Below, in pieces: positions 36,801 through 45,016 of a stretch of 50,517 nucleotides of DNA; within the stretch, counting starts at the first letter, position 1, and each line of letters begins with the position of its first letter. A model generated the notes under the pieces. That model was not told the DNA's origin. It worked only from the letters and a program-made list of their open reading frames with translations, and did not search any database. The position numbers and the translations under genes were made by a program. The DNA is from Patescibacteria group bacterium UBA3458. GTDB lineage: Bacteria; Patescibacteriota; Minisyncoccia; Phycocordibacterales; UBA2100. Where the stretch lies: assembly GCA_002378745.1 (NCBI GenBank), contig DFRR01000003.1, forward strand, positions 1 to 50,517, given 5' to 3'.

Positions 36801-39748
36801 TTAAAACAAACACAAAAGAAATAGGTTTTGAAGAGCTGATCGAAAAACAGCTCTCAAAACTCCACAAGTATCGGGTTCGTACTGCGAGCGACTTCGATAA
36901 GGAGCTTGCGATGGACAAAGCACTTGTAGTTGAGTTCGTGCAGACCTCTCAGCCAGAAGCGTGGGAGAAGCTCGTCGAGCAATACGGAGCGGATGTGGAG
37001 TCAGAATTTTTGAAGCGTCTTGATGCGGAAATTGCGTCCCGCGGGCTTTTGGATGTATTTCGCGATGGCATTAGTGATCGTGGTGTCAAAGTCAGCCTGG
37101 CTTTTTGGAAGCCACAGAGTCACCTTAATGAAGAGGTATGGCAGGACTATGAACACAACATTCTCAGTGTGATGCGGCAGGTGAAGTACAGTACCAAGAA
37201 TGAAAACTCTATCGACCTGGCGATTTTCCTCAATGGTCTTCCGATATTTACTGTTGAGCTCAAAAATCAGCTCACTAAACAAACTGCTCGTGATGCAATC
37301 CGCCAGTATAAAACCGACCGCGATCCTCGAGAAAAGCTCCTTTCCTTCAAACGCTGCTTAACACACTTCGCGGTAGACACTGAGCAGGTGTATATGACAA
37401 CGCAGCTTAAGGGGCTTGCGACGCGCTTCTTGCCATTCAATAAGGGGTACAAGAACTCGTCAGGCAATCCTCCTGTTGAGGGTAAATACAAGACGCACTA
37501 CCTTTGGGAAGATGTGTGGGCTAAGGACAGTGTCCTTGACTTAGTTGGCAATTTTATTCACCTGCAAGTTCAGGAGAAGGAAGATAAGAATGGGAAGAAA
37601 ACCAAAGAGGAAGTACTTCTTTTCCCACGCTACCACCAACTTGATGCCGTACGCCGTATTATTGGTGATACCCAAGAACAAGGATCAGGAAAGAATTACC
37701 TCATTCAGCACAGTGCGGGTTCAGGAAAGAGTAATACGATTGCGTGGTCTGCACACCGACTTTCAGAGCTTCATAATGAGAATGATGAAAAAGTATTCGA
37801 CTCCATCATTGTCATTACCGACCGCCGCATTCTTGATAAACAGCTCTCAGACACGGTTGAGAGCTTCTCACAGGTACGTGGTGTCGTTAAGCACGTGGAG
37901 AGCTCTGCAGAGCTTCGTGAGGCGCTTGAGAACGGTGTAAAAGTGATTACGAGTACTCTCCAGAAGTTCCCTGTAATTGTGGATGCGATTGATCAAGTTC
38001 AGGGAAACAAGTTTGCGGTATTGATTGATGAGGCGCACTCGTCACAAACGGGTGAAGCTGCCGCTGACCTCCGCCAGGTACTTACCTTGGAGGATGCCGA
38101 AAAGCAAGCGCAGAAGGAAACAAAAGCATTCAAGACCTCAGAGGATCTTATTATCGAGCGAATGAAGGCACGTAAGGTGAAGACACCAAACGTGAGCTTT
38201 ATTGCCTTTACTGCAACACCTAAACAAAAAACACTTGAGTTGTTTGGAGTAGAGGATCCAATTTCGGGAAAGTTCATTCCATTTTCGCTTTACTCAATGC
38301 GACAAGCGATCGAGGAAGGATTTATTCTTGATGTACTCAAGAACTACACTACATATCAAACGTACTTCGAGCTTCTGAAGACCATTGAGGATGATCCAGA
38401 GTATGACAAGGCAAAAGCACAACGTCTCCTTATCGGATACGTGGAGAAACACGAGCACGCTATTGAGCGTAAAACGCAGATTATGGTGGAGCACTTTGAA
38501 GAGAAAATAGCTCCACTTATCTACGGGCAAGCAAAGGCAATTATTGTCACCAAGTCACGCCTTCACGCGGTGAAGTACAAGCAAGCGTTTGATAAGTACC
38601 TCCAGGAGAAAGGATACCCACACAAGGCACTTGTGGCGTTTTCGGGAACGGTTCGCGATGGAAAACTCGACTACACAGAAACACAGATGAACGATGGTAT
38701 CCCCGAGAAGCAAACCGCAGAGGAGTTTAAGAAGGACGACTACAAATTCCTCATTGTTGCAGAGAAGTTTCAGACTGGTTTTGACCAGCCACTTCTCTCG
38801 GTGATGTATGTCGACAAGAAACTTAGTGGTGTAAATGCGGTACAGACACTCTCGCGGCTAAATCGCACCACAGCGGGAAAGAGTGATGTGTTTGTGCTTG
38901 ATTTTGTGAACGAGGCTGATGACATCAAAGAAGCATTCCAGCCGTACTACACAACTACCGTGCTCTCACAGGCAACTGATCCGAACATTTTGCACGACCT
39001 TGAGCGGGATGTGTTCCAATTCAAGCTTTTCAGTCTCAATGAGATAGAAGGGTTTGTAGAAGAGTATATGAACGGTGCATCGCCCGACACACTCAACGCG
39101 ATGCTTGATGAGGTAGTGGAGCGTTCTATGTCGCTTCTGGACGAGGAGCGAGACGATTTCAAGTCGAAAGCGCAGGACTATATCCGCAAGTATGCCTTCA
39201 TTTCTCAAATCGTCACCTTCGAAGATCCAAAACTCGAACGCTTGTATATTTTCTTGAAGTTCCTTGTGCGCAAACTACCAACTCGGGTAGAGCCGCTACC
39301 ATACGAGGTGTTGGAGTCCGTAGATATGGACTCGTACAAGGTTCAGAAGATCGCTGACACAAAGATTCGCTTGGATAATGATACTGAGGAGCTTGAACCA
39401 ATGGGCTCGGGAGATAGTGGCACAAAGAAACTTGATGAGCTTGATCCGCTCTCCAAAATAGTCAAAGAAATCAACGATCGCTTCGGTACGGTATTTACTG
39501 ATAAAGACAAGGTGATTTTGAACTCACTGAGCGCAAAGTTGTTGGAGGACAAGAATCTTGAAGGATCAATTAAGAACAACACCCGTAATGCGGCAAAGAT
39601 CAAGTTCAATAAGATGTTCAATGATGAGCTCGTTGAGATGCTCAACAGTCACTTCGACCTTTACAAGAAGTTGGACTCAAGTCCAGAGCTTAAGGAATTT
39701 GTGAACGATCGCATCTTCGAGTTCGTGCTCAAAAAAACTAAGAAATAA
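36797..39748 (+). CDS. hsdR: Type I restriction enzyme endonuclease/translocase subunit HsdR
   Basis: 983 aa. It has an N-terminal PD-(D/E)xK region ('DLAIFLNGLPIFTVELK'), helicase motif I 'SAGSGKSNT', motif II 'DEAHSSQ' and 'QTGFDQP'. It overlaps the hsdS stop by 4 nt. Confidence 0.95.
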   Translation: MIKTNTKEIGFEELIEKQLSKLHKYRVRTASDFDKELAMDKALVVEFVQTSQPEAWEKLVEQYGADVESEFLKRLDAEIASRGLLDVFRDGISDRGVKVSLAFWKPQSHLNEEVWQDYEHNILSVMRQVKYSTKNENSIDLAIFLNGLPIFTVELKNQLTKQTARDAIRQYKTDRDPREKLLSFKRCLTHFAVDTEQVYMTTQLKGLATRFLPFNKGYKNSSGNPPVEGKYKTHYLWEDVWAKDSVLDLVGNFIHLQVQEKEDKNGKKTKEEVLLFPRYHQLDAVRRIIGDTQEQGSGKNYLIQHSAGSGKSNTIAWSAHRLSELHNENDEKVFDSIIVITDRRILDKQLSDTVESFSQVRGVVKHVESSAELREALENGVKVITSTLQKFPVIVDAIDQVQGNKFAVLIDEAHSSQTGEAAADLRQVLTLEDAEKQAQKETKAFKTSEDLIIERMKARKVKTPNVSFIAFTATPKQKTLELFGVEDPISGKFIPFSLYSMRQAIEEGFILDVLKNYTTYQTYFELLKTIEDDPEYDKAKAQRLLIGYVEKHEHAIERKTQIMVEHFEEKIAPLIYGQAKAIIVTKSRLHAVKYKQAFDKYLQEKGYPHKALVAFSGTVRDGKLDYTETQMNDGIPEKQTAEEFKKDDYKFLIVAEKFQTGFDQPLLSVMYVDKKLSGVNAVQTLSRLNRTTAGKSDVFVLDFVNEADDIKEAFQPYYTTTVLSQATDPNILHDLERDVFQFKLFSLNEIEGFVEEYMNGASPDTLNAMLDEVVERSMSLLDEERDDFKSKAQDYIRKYAFISQIVTFEDPKLERLYIFLKFLVRKLPTRVEPLPYEVLESVDMDSYKVQKIADTKIRLDNDTEELEPMGSGDSGTKKLDELDPLSKIVKEINDRFGTVFTDKDKVILNSLSAKLLEDKNLEGSIKNNTRNAAKIKFNKMFNDELVEMLNSHFDLYKKLDSSPELKEFVNDRIFEFVLKKTKK

Positions 39749-39752
39749 ACCT

Positions 39753-41111
39753 ATGCAAGCTGCCTTTAAAAAATTTCTCACGAACATAAAACTCACCGTT
39801 CCTCAAAAAGAGGACGCAAAGACAAAAACGAGAAGTGTTTGTAAGGCACTCCACGCTAAGTACTATCCGAACACCGAGTATAACGGCAGCACCAAATTCT
39901 TGGTTGGTTCTTATGGTAAACACACAAATATTCGTCCACCGAAGGATATAGACGTGATTTTCAAGTTACCTCCAGAGTTATATGAGCAATACAGTTCGGG
40001 TAATAAACAGTCGCAGCTATTACAGGATGTCCGAGCAGTTTTGAAAGATACCTTCACTACCACTGAGAAAATCAGCGCTTTCGGTAAGGTGATAGTAATT
40101 AACTTCAGCGAGGGTACTCATTCGGTTGAATTACTACCTGGTTGGGAGTTAGAGTCTGGGTCATTTCGCATTCCTAACACGGAGAACGGGGGATCTTGGG
40201 ATGTGTGGAATCCGCTTGCAGAAGATAAAAATATAGATGTCTCAAGTGTGGCGACAAAAAAGACCCGATCTCTTATACGGATGATGAAAGCGTGGGTGAA
40301 TAATTGCGGCGTACCACTCAAATCATTCGTGTTAGAGATATTGGTAGTTGATTATTTGCACGAGCAATACAATAACAACGTGACGGTTGAGTATCCAGAA
40401 CTTGTTCAGGGATTCTTTGACTTTCTTAAGAATAAAAAGCACGGTTCTATATATCTACCTGCTTCTGGTACGCATATGAATTTAGGGGAGGATTGGTACT
40501 CACGAGCTGAAAGTGCGTACAATCGCGCCACAAAAGCTATTGAATACGAACAGGCGGATAAATTGCGGGATAGCTCTCTTGAGTGGAAGAAAATTTTTGG
40601 TGATGACTTCCCATTGGTAGACGCTAAAGAAGCCGCCGTAGCTACTGTTGGTTCAAGTTTTGAACTGAAAATAGAAGAGTTGACCCAAAGGTATCCTTCG
40701 CCAGCTGAGGAAGATATCACTGAACAATACGGGATTCCTGTTCGTCTCGTCTCTGGGTATCAAATTGAGATTGACGCTGAGGTAACACAGAAAGGTTTTA
40801 GGAAAGGAATGCTATCGGACTTCATAGCGAAGCGATTTCCTCTGTTGAAAGGTAAAAAGCTTCTTTTCTCTGTAAAGCATTGCAACATACCGCCTCAGTA
40901 TGAAGTGATGTGGAAGGTCAGAAACTTTGGAGAGGAAGCACAGCGGGCGGAAGGTCTACGGGGAGAGATAAATCGAGACAGTGGATTCAAGCAACGTGAA
41001 GAAAGTACGCTTTATCACGGCGAACACTATGTTGAATGCTACGCCATCAAAGATGGTGTTTGTGTTGCGGTTGGGAAAATATTAGTACCTATTGGAACAA
41101 GTTATGAATAA
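39753..41111 (+). CDS. CD-NTase / SMODS-type nucleotidyltransferase with an AGS-C-like C-terminal domain
   Basis: 452 aa. The pol-beta NTase core is 'FLVGSYGKHTNIRPPKDIDVIF' (G52-S53, D65-x-D67). The third acidic position lies in 'HSVELLPG' (E126). The C-terminal beta-rich domain has 'YEVMWKVRNFGEEAQRAEGLRGEI'. The gene starts 4 nt after the hsdR stop. Confidence 0.7.
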   Translation: MQAAFKKFLTNIKLTVPQKEDAKTKTRSVCKALHAKYYPNTEYNGSTKFLVGSYGKHTNIRPPKDIDVIFKLPPELYEQYSSGNKQSQLLQDVRAVLKDTFTTTEKISAFGKVIVINFSEGTHSVELLPGWELESGSFRIPNTENGGSWDVWNPLAEDKNIDVSSVATKKTRSLIRMMKAWVNNCGVPLKSFVLEILVVDYLHEQYNNNVTVEYPELVQGFFDFLKNKKHGSIYLPASGTHMNLGEDWYSRAESAYNRATKAIEYEQADKLRDSSLEWKKIFGDDFPLVDAKEAAVATVGSSFELKIEELTQRYPSPAEEDITEQYGIPVRLVSGYQIEIDAEVTQKGFRKGMLSDFIAKRFPLLKGKKLLFSVKHCNIPPQYEVMWKVRNFGEEAQRAEGLRGEINRDSGFKQREESTLYHGEHYVECYAIKDGVCVAVGKILVPIGTSYE

Positions 41112-41568
41112 AACTGAAATATTAAAAAACGAATGCAAGACAATAGAGGACAATGCTCGTCATACAGCAGAAGCTCATTATCTGATTGCAGCAAAGAGTA
41201 AACGTACTGCAATCATCCTCGAAGTTATCCCTGCTCTTATCGCCGCTTCCTCAGGTCTGTTGGTTGTGGGTGAGATTATCCCAATTTGGTGGGGATGGTT
41301 GACTGTGGTTTCGGCATCCGTCACAGCAACCAGTAGTATCATAAGCCCCCATAAATCCTATTATGAAAATTTGAATGCAGGAAAAGCTTTTACGGTGGTA
41401 AAGAATCGAGCAAAGTCTCTGAATGAAACTTTTGCAAACCTCAGTGCCGAAGAGGAATTGTGCAAGGAAGTGAAAGCGCTTTCAGAGTACTACAACCAAC
41501 TTGTGCTTTTAACACCACCAACGCAGGAATGGGCGTATAAAAAAGCAGAAAGGAAATTATCAAAATGA
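41104..41568 (+). CDS. SLATT-like 2-TM effector protein
   Basis: About 154 aa. After the N-terminal helix 'ARHTAEAHYLIAAKSKR' come two adjacent TM helices (AIILEVIPALIAASSGLLVVG and IPIWWGWLTVVSASVTATSSII) and then a C-terminal helical region. The start ATG at 41104 overlaps the NTase stop (ATGAATAA). Confidence 0.6.
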   Translation: MNKTEILKNECKTIEDNARHTAEAHYLIAAKSKRTAIILEVIPALIAASSGLLVVGEIIPIWWGWLTVVSASVTATSSIISPHKSYYENLNAGKAFTVVKNRAKSLNETFANLSAEEELCKEVKALSEYYNQLVLLTPPTQEWAYKKAERKLSK

Positions 41569-42635
41569 AATATTTATACGATCAAAGTCATTACGAAGAT
41601 CTTTACGATCGAGCCACTGTGTCTCGTTGCCGTTGGATAGAAGACTTTCATACACGGTACGATCCAAAACAAAAACCAAAGACTAAAGAAGAGAAAGCTA
41701 TGTTAGATGCAGCTCAAAAGATGGCGCTTCATTATGACCTTCTTTTTACTACTGGCGAGCGTTATTTAGAGCGAGACACTACGATACGAGAGTGGGTTGA
41801 GCGAGATACTAACAGGCAAGAAATGTATGACAACGCCGAAGCGCCTGGAGGTGTACTGTGCCCGACGTGTGGAACAAGAATGGATGCAACCTTCAAGATG
41901 CTCTACGACCTTGATAAGGAAAAAGACGAGAGAGTTCTCTTTATGTATGACTGTCCAGAAGGTTGTATGCCGCGACGCTCATTCTTTCAAGATGGCGAGG
42001 AATGGGTTGCGCAACATAAATCTTGTAAGGAATGTGGAGGCGAGATAAAGGTAGAAGATAAAAGTACTAAAAAGAAATCAATCATCACGTCTACGTGCAC
42101 TGAATGCGGCTTGGTTGATGTGAGTGAACACGAATTTGAGACAGAGAAAGACGACGAGAAATTTGAGGAAGATCGAAAAAGATTTTGTTTGTCGCAAGAA
42201 AAAGGTCAAGAGTACATCGAAACTAAGCAGTGGTTTAAAGATGTAGAAGTTTTGATGGATGAATTAAAAGAGCGAGAAGAAAAGAAAGACGAATATGATG
42301 CGGTAAAGAAGCTATCAAAACTCACCGTATCTCAACTTGAAAAGAAACTCGCAGAAGCAATGTCAAAGGATGGATACTCCCGCCTAACATTTGATAAGCC
42401 CGAGATCGGAACTGACGTTCGGATCGGCTTTACCGTAAACGATGACAGCAGTGAAGTGGACGAATATACAAGCCGAAACAAACTAAAGAAACTTATTAGT
42501 AAGACGCTCGAGGATACAAATTGGCGACTTATGACGGAAGGCATATCGTACCGTCTCGGTATTCTCACAGGACGATTGCGAGGCTACGAAAGCGAAGCAG
42601 ATTTACTGAAGCTCGTGAGTTCGGGGCGTAAATAG
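41565..42635 (+). CDS. Double zinc-ribbon / coiled-coil protein, function unknown
   Basis: 356 aa with two CxxC...CxxxC/CxxC pairs ('CPTCG..CPEGC' and 'CKECGG..CTECG'), a Glu/Lys-rich coiled coil and a C-terminal globular domain. It overlaps the upstream stop by 4 nt (ATGA). Confidence 0.6.
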   Translation: MKYLYDQSHYEDLYDRATVSRCRWIEDFHTRYDPKQKPKTKEEKAMLDAAQKMALHYDLLFTTGERYLERDTTIREWVERDTNRQEMYDNAEAPGGVLCPTCGTRMDATFKMLYDLDKEKDERVLFMYDCPEGCMPRRSFFQDGEEWVAQHKSCKECGGEIKVEDKSTKKKSIITSTCTECGLVDVSEHEFETEKDDEKFEEDRKRFCLSQEKGQEYIETKQWFKDVEVLMDELKEREEKKDEYDAVKKLSKLTVSQLEKKLAEAMSKDGYSRLTFDKPEIGTDVRIGFTVNDDSSEVDEYTSRNKLKKLISKTLEDTNWRLMTEGISYRLGILTGRLRGYESEADLLKLVSSGRK

Positions 42636-42650
42636 GTATAATTACATTAT

Positions 42651-43577
42651 ATGGCGGATCTATCACGATTAAAAAAAGTAGACCTCAGAGAAGCTTGGAA
42701 GCACGAAGCTATTGATTTTACGAACTGGCTGGCTCAAGAGGAGAATCTCACGTTACTTGGCGATGAGATTGGTTTTGATATTGAATTAACGCAAACAGAA
42801 GCTGCTGTCGGGAGTTTCAATGTTGATATTCTTGCCGAGGAAGCAAACACAGGTAAAAAGATAATTATCGAAAATCAGCTCGAGATGACTGATCACGATC
42901 ATCTTGGAAAGATAATTACTTATGCCTCTGGATATGATGCCAGGGTGATTGTGTGGGTTGTGCGTGACGCAAGAGAAGAGCATAGGAATGCGGTTGATTG
43001 GTTGAACGAACACACTGATGAAGATATGGAGTTTTATCTGGTGCGTATTGAAGTATGGCAGATTGAAAGTTCTCCGCTTGCTCCAAAGTTTGAAATACTC
43101 TCACGTCCGAATGATTGGGCAAAGGCGGTTAAGGAGTCAACAACCCGAACAGCACTTACAGATACTAAGCTTAAGCAGCTTGAATTTTGGACTCAGTTCA
43201 AAGAATACGCGAAAGAGAACAATACCCCTCTGCGTTTTCAAAAGGCATATCCGCAGCATTGGACTAACATAAGTATTGGGCACAGCAATCTCCACGTTGC
43301 TCTTACTATCAACTCAAGGGATAAGCAGTTTGGTGTGGAGGTTTATATACCAGATAACAAGGAGCTATTTGCGACGTTGTTTGAGCATAAGGCGCAGATA
43401 GAGTCTGAGGCAGGAAGTGAACTTGAATGGATGGAATTACCTGAAAAGAAAGCGAGTCGAATCAAATTATCTCTCGCAGGGGATTTTGAGGACGAGAGCA
43501 ATTGGGAGCAGTACTTTGAATGGCTCTTGAGACAGGCGGAAAAGTTCAAAGAGGTCTTCCCGAAATATTGGGGCTAA
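42651..43577 (+). CDS. PD-(D/E)xK-type nuclease-fold protein with a DUF4268-like C-terminal domain
   Basis: 308 aa. 'FNVDILAEE...KKIIIENQLEMTDHDHLGKIITYA' matches a D...E-x-Q/K restriction-endonuclease-like core. The C-terminal 'FWTQFKEYA...' half resembles DUF4268. Confidence 0.6.
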   Translation: MADLSRLKKVDLREAWKHEAIDFTNWLAQEENLTLLGDEIGFDIELTQTEAAVGSFNVDILAEEANTGKKIIIENQLEMTDHDHLGKIITYASGYDARVIVWVVRDAREEHRNAVDWLNEHTDEDMEFYLVRIEVWQIESSPLAPKFEILSRPNDWAKAVKESTTRTALTDTKLKQLEFWTQFKEYAKENNTPLRFQKAYPQHWTNISIGHSNLHVALTINSRDKQFGVEVYIPDNKELFATLFEHKAQIESEAGSELEWMELPEKKASRIKLSLAGDFEDESNWEQYFEWLLRQAEKFKEVFPKYWG

Positions 43578-43607
43578 AAAGACAGAATTTTAGTATAATT
43601 ATGGGTA

Positions 43608-44207
43608 ATGGATACTAATTACCCACTACAAAATAACGAAGAAAAAGTTGTTCAACGATCAGATACCGCACTAACGGAAGAAATTGTTCGTGCAATAGTT
43701 CAACGTATTCGGAACGGCAAACCTATAACAAAAAGAGGAAGAAAAACTCTTCTTCTTGATTATGCACCAGGGCAGCAACCCGTGAGTGTCTCAACGTACA
43801 CTTCTTGGCTGAGGAGAGGAACCACACCGCTTAACAGTAAGGAGAATCGCTCTTTGAGGGATATTGTAGACGAAGCCCGAATTGAAGGAAGACAGCGACT
43901 ACACGAGGAAATGTTGCGCAAGGCAGAAGAAGTACTTGGTTCTCATTTGGAACTTAAAACTGGAGAGAAAATAGTGCACAAACGCATCAACAAAGACGGG
44001 AAAGTAGAGTTGTATAACAGTACGCGACTTGTACCAAAGCTGGTTGATACTAAGCAGCGAGCTGCTGAGTTTGTAGCTAAGAAGCTCGATCCACAAACCT
44101 ACGGAGATTCAGTAAAAACTGATAACCGACACTTGATCTTTTCTTTATCTGAACTTCGCCGATATCAAGAGGAAAAGGACAGATTGAATCAGACACAATC
44201 ACAATAA
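43608..44207 (+). CDS. Hypothetical basic/helical protein at the island end (terminase-small-subunit/HTH-like impression; possible directionality factor)
   Basis: 199 aa. 'RAAEFVAKKLDPQTYGD' resembles small-terminase/HTH proteins. It is the last gene of the co-directional array. Confidence 0.4.
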   Translation: MDTNYPLQNNEEKVVQRSDTALTEEIVRAIVQRIRNGKPITKRGRKTLLLDYAPGQQPVSVSTYTSWLRRGTTPLNSKENRSLRDIVDEARIEGRQRLHEEMLRKAEEVLGSHLELKTGEKIVHKRINKDGKVELYNSTRLVPKLVDTKQRAAEFVAKKLDPQTYGDSVKTDNRHLIFSLSELRRYQEEKDRLNQTQSQ

Positions 44208-44230
44208 TGAACATAATGAACATAATGAAC
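44204..44230. repeat. Perfect 3 x 9-bp tandem repeat (ATAATGAAC)
   Basis: 'ataatgaac ataatgaac ataatgaac' overlaps the stop codon of the 43608-44207 gene. Confidence 0.9.
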
Positions 44231-44243
44231 TTTATGTACGTCT

Positions 44244-44381
44244 ATGAAAGGTAATAAGGAGATTAAAATAACTTATTGTGAGTTGGAGGATGTCGATCAA
44301 AAGCAGGTTGATGCCGCGTTCGACATTCTTTTTAACGAGGTAATTTGTCTAGATAACTTGGGAAAAAGTGCATCTGAGTAG
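44244..44381 (+). CDS. Very small ORF (45 aa), possibly a gene remnant
   Basis: 'MKGNKEIKITYCELEDVDQKQVDAAFDILFNEVICLDNLGKSASE'. It falls below the ORF-track cutoff and lies in the 250-bp gap at the presumed island boundary. Confidence 0.2.
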   Translation: MKGNKEIKITYCELEDVDQKQVDAAFDILFNEVICLDNLGKSASE

Positions 44382-44460
44382 CCATAATTGAGGTTCTAAC
44401 TTTCTTAAGTTCTGTCAGCTAGCTTGAAGTAATAGTTCCTTGGTGTCATAGTAAAGATAT

Positions 44461-44679
44461 ATGGAAATTTTCATTCAATACCTTATAACGTTTGGGTGGG
44501 CCCTTACCGCGGCTATTTCTATGGCTGTTGCCATGAGCATCGGTCTTACAATCTTTACGTGGATTTCTCCGCTGAATGAGTGGGAAGAGGTGCGCAATGG
44601 AAACATGGGTATGGCCATCATTCTTGCTGCGGCAGTAATCGCAATGGCTATCGTGGTTGCGTTTGCTATCACTGGCTAG
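44461..44679 (+). CDS. DUF350-like small membrane protein
   Basis: 72 aa with two or three TM helices. '[27 protein letters not shown]' fits the DUF350 pattern. Confidence 0.6.
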   Translation: MEIFIQYLITFGWALTAAISMAVAMSIGLTIFTWISPLNEWEEVRNGNMGMAIILAAAVIAMAIVVAFAITG

Positions 44680-44681
44680 TC

Positions 44682-45014
44682 ATGAAGCGCGTTTACACAG
44701 GACTTTTGGTACTTAGTATCATTCTCTTTCCAGGAGTTTCTTTGGCGCATTCCGGTCGTACTGACGCGAATGGGTGCCACACAAATCACAAGACAGGGGA
44801 TTACCACTGCCACAGTAAGAAGACAAAAACCACTGCTCGTACGACTGCACGAGTTGAAAGCCGCTCAGAGTATAATGATAAGAATTGCGCAGATTTTACT
44901 ACACAGCAAGAGGCGCAGGAGTTTTATATACGAAATGGCGGTCCGATAATTGACCCACATGACCTTGATAGAGACAGCGACGGTATCGCGTGTGAAACGC
45001 TACCATCACGCTAA
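44682..45014 (+). CDS. Secreted protein with an N-terminal YHYH-type Cys/His motif and a C-terminal Excalibur calcium-binding domain
   Basis: The signal peptide is '[17 protein letters not shown]'. It carries '[14 protein letters not shown]' and the Excalibur motif '[14 protein letters not shown]...[15 protein letters not shown]'. ATG at 44682. Confidence 0.75.
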   Translation: MKRVYTGLLVLSIILFPGVSLAHSGRTDANGCHTNHKTGDYHCHSKKTKTTARTTARVESRSEYNDKNCADFTTQQEAQEFYIRNGGPIIDPHDLDRDSDGIACETLPSR

Positions 45015-45016
45015 GG

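Larger units (their letters stand above)
26089..44230. mobile_element. Integrative island next to tRNA-Gln: serine recombinase, replication-type module and a defence cargo
   Basis: A recombinase sits at the tRNA junction, with mobile-element-type genes at 27.8-30.8 kb and the R-M/Fic/nucleotidyltransferase cargo after them. The left part (about 26.2-31 kb) looks AT-richer by eye. The right end is not defined by a repeat and is placed at the last co-directional gene and its 9-bp tandem repeat. Confidence 0.55.
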
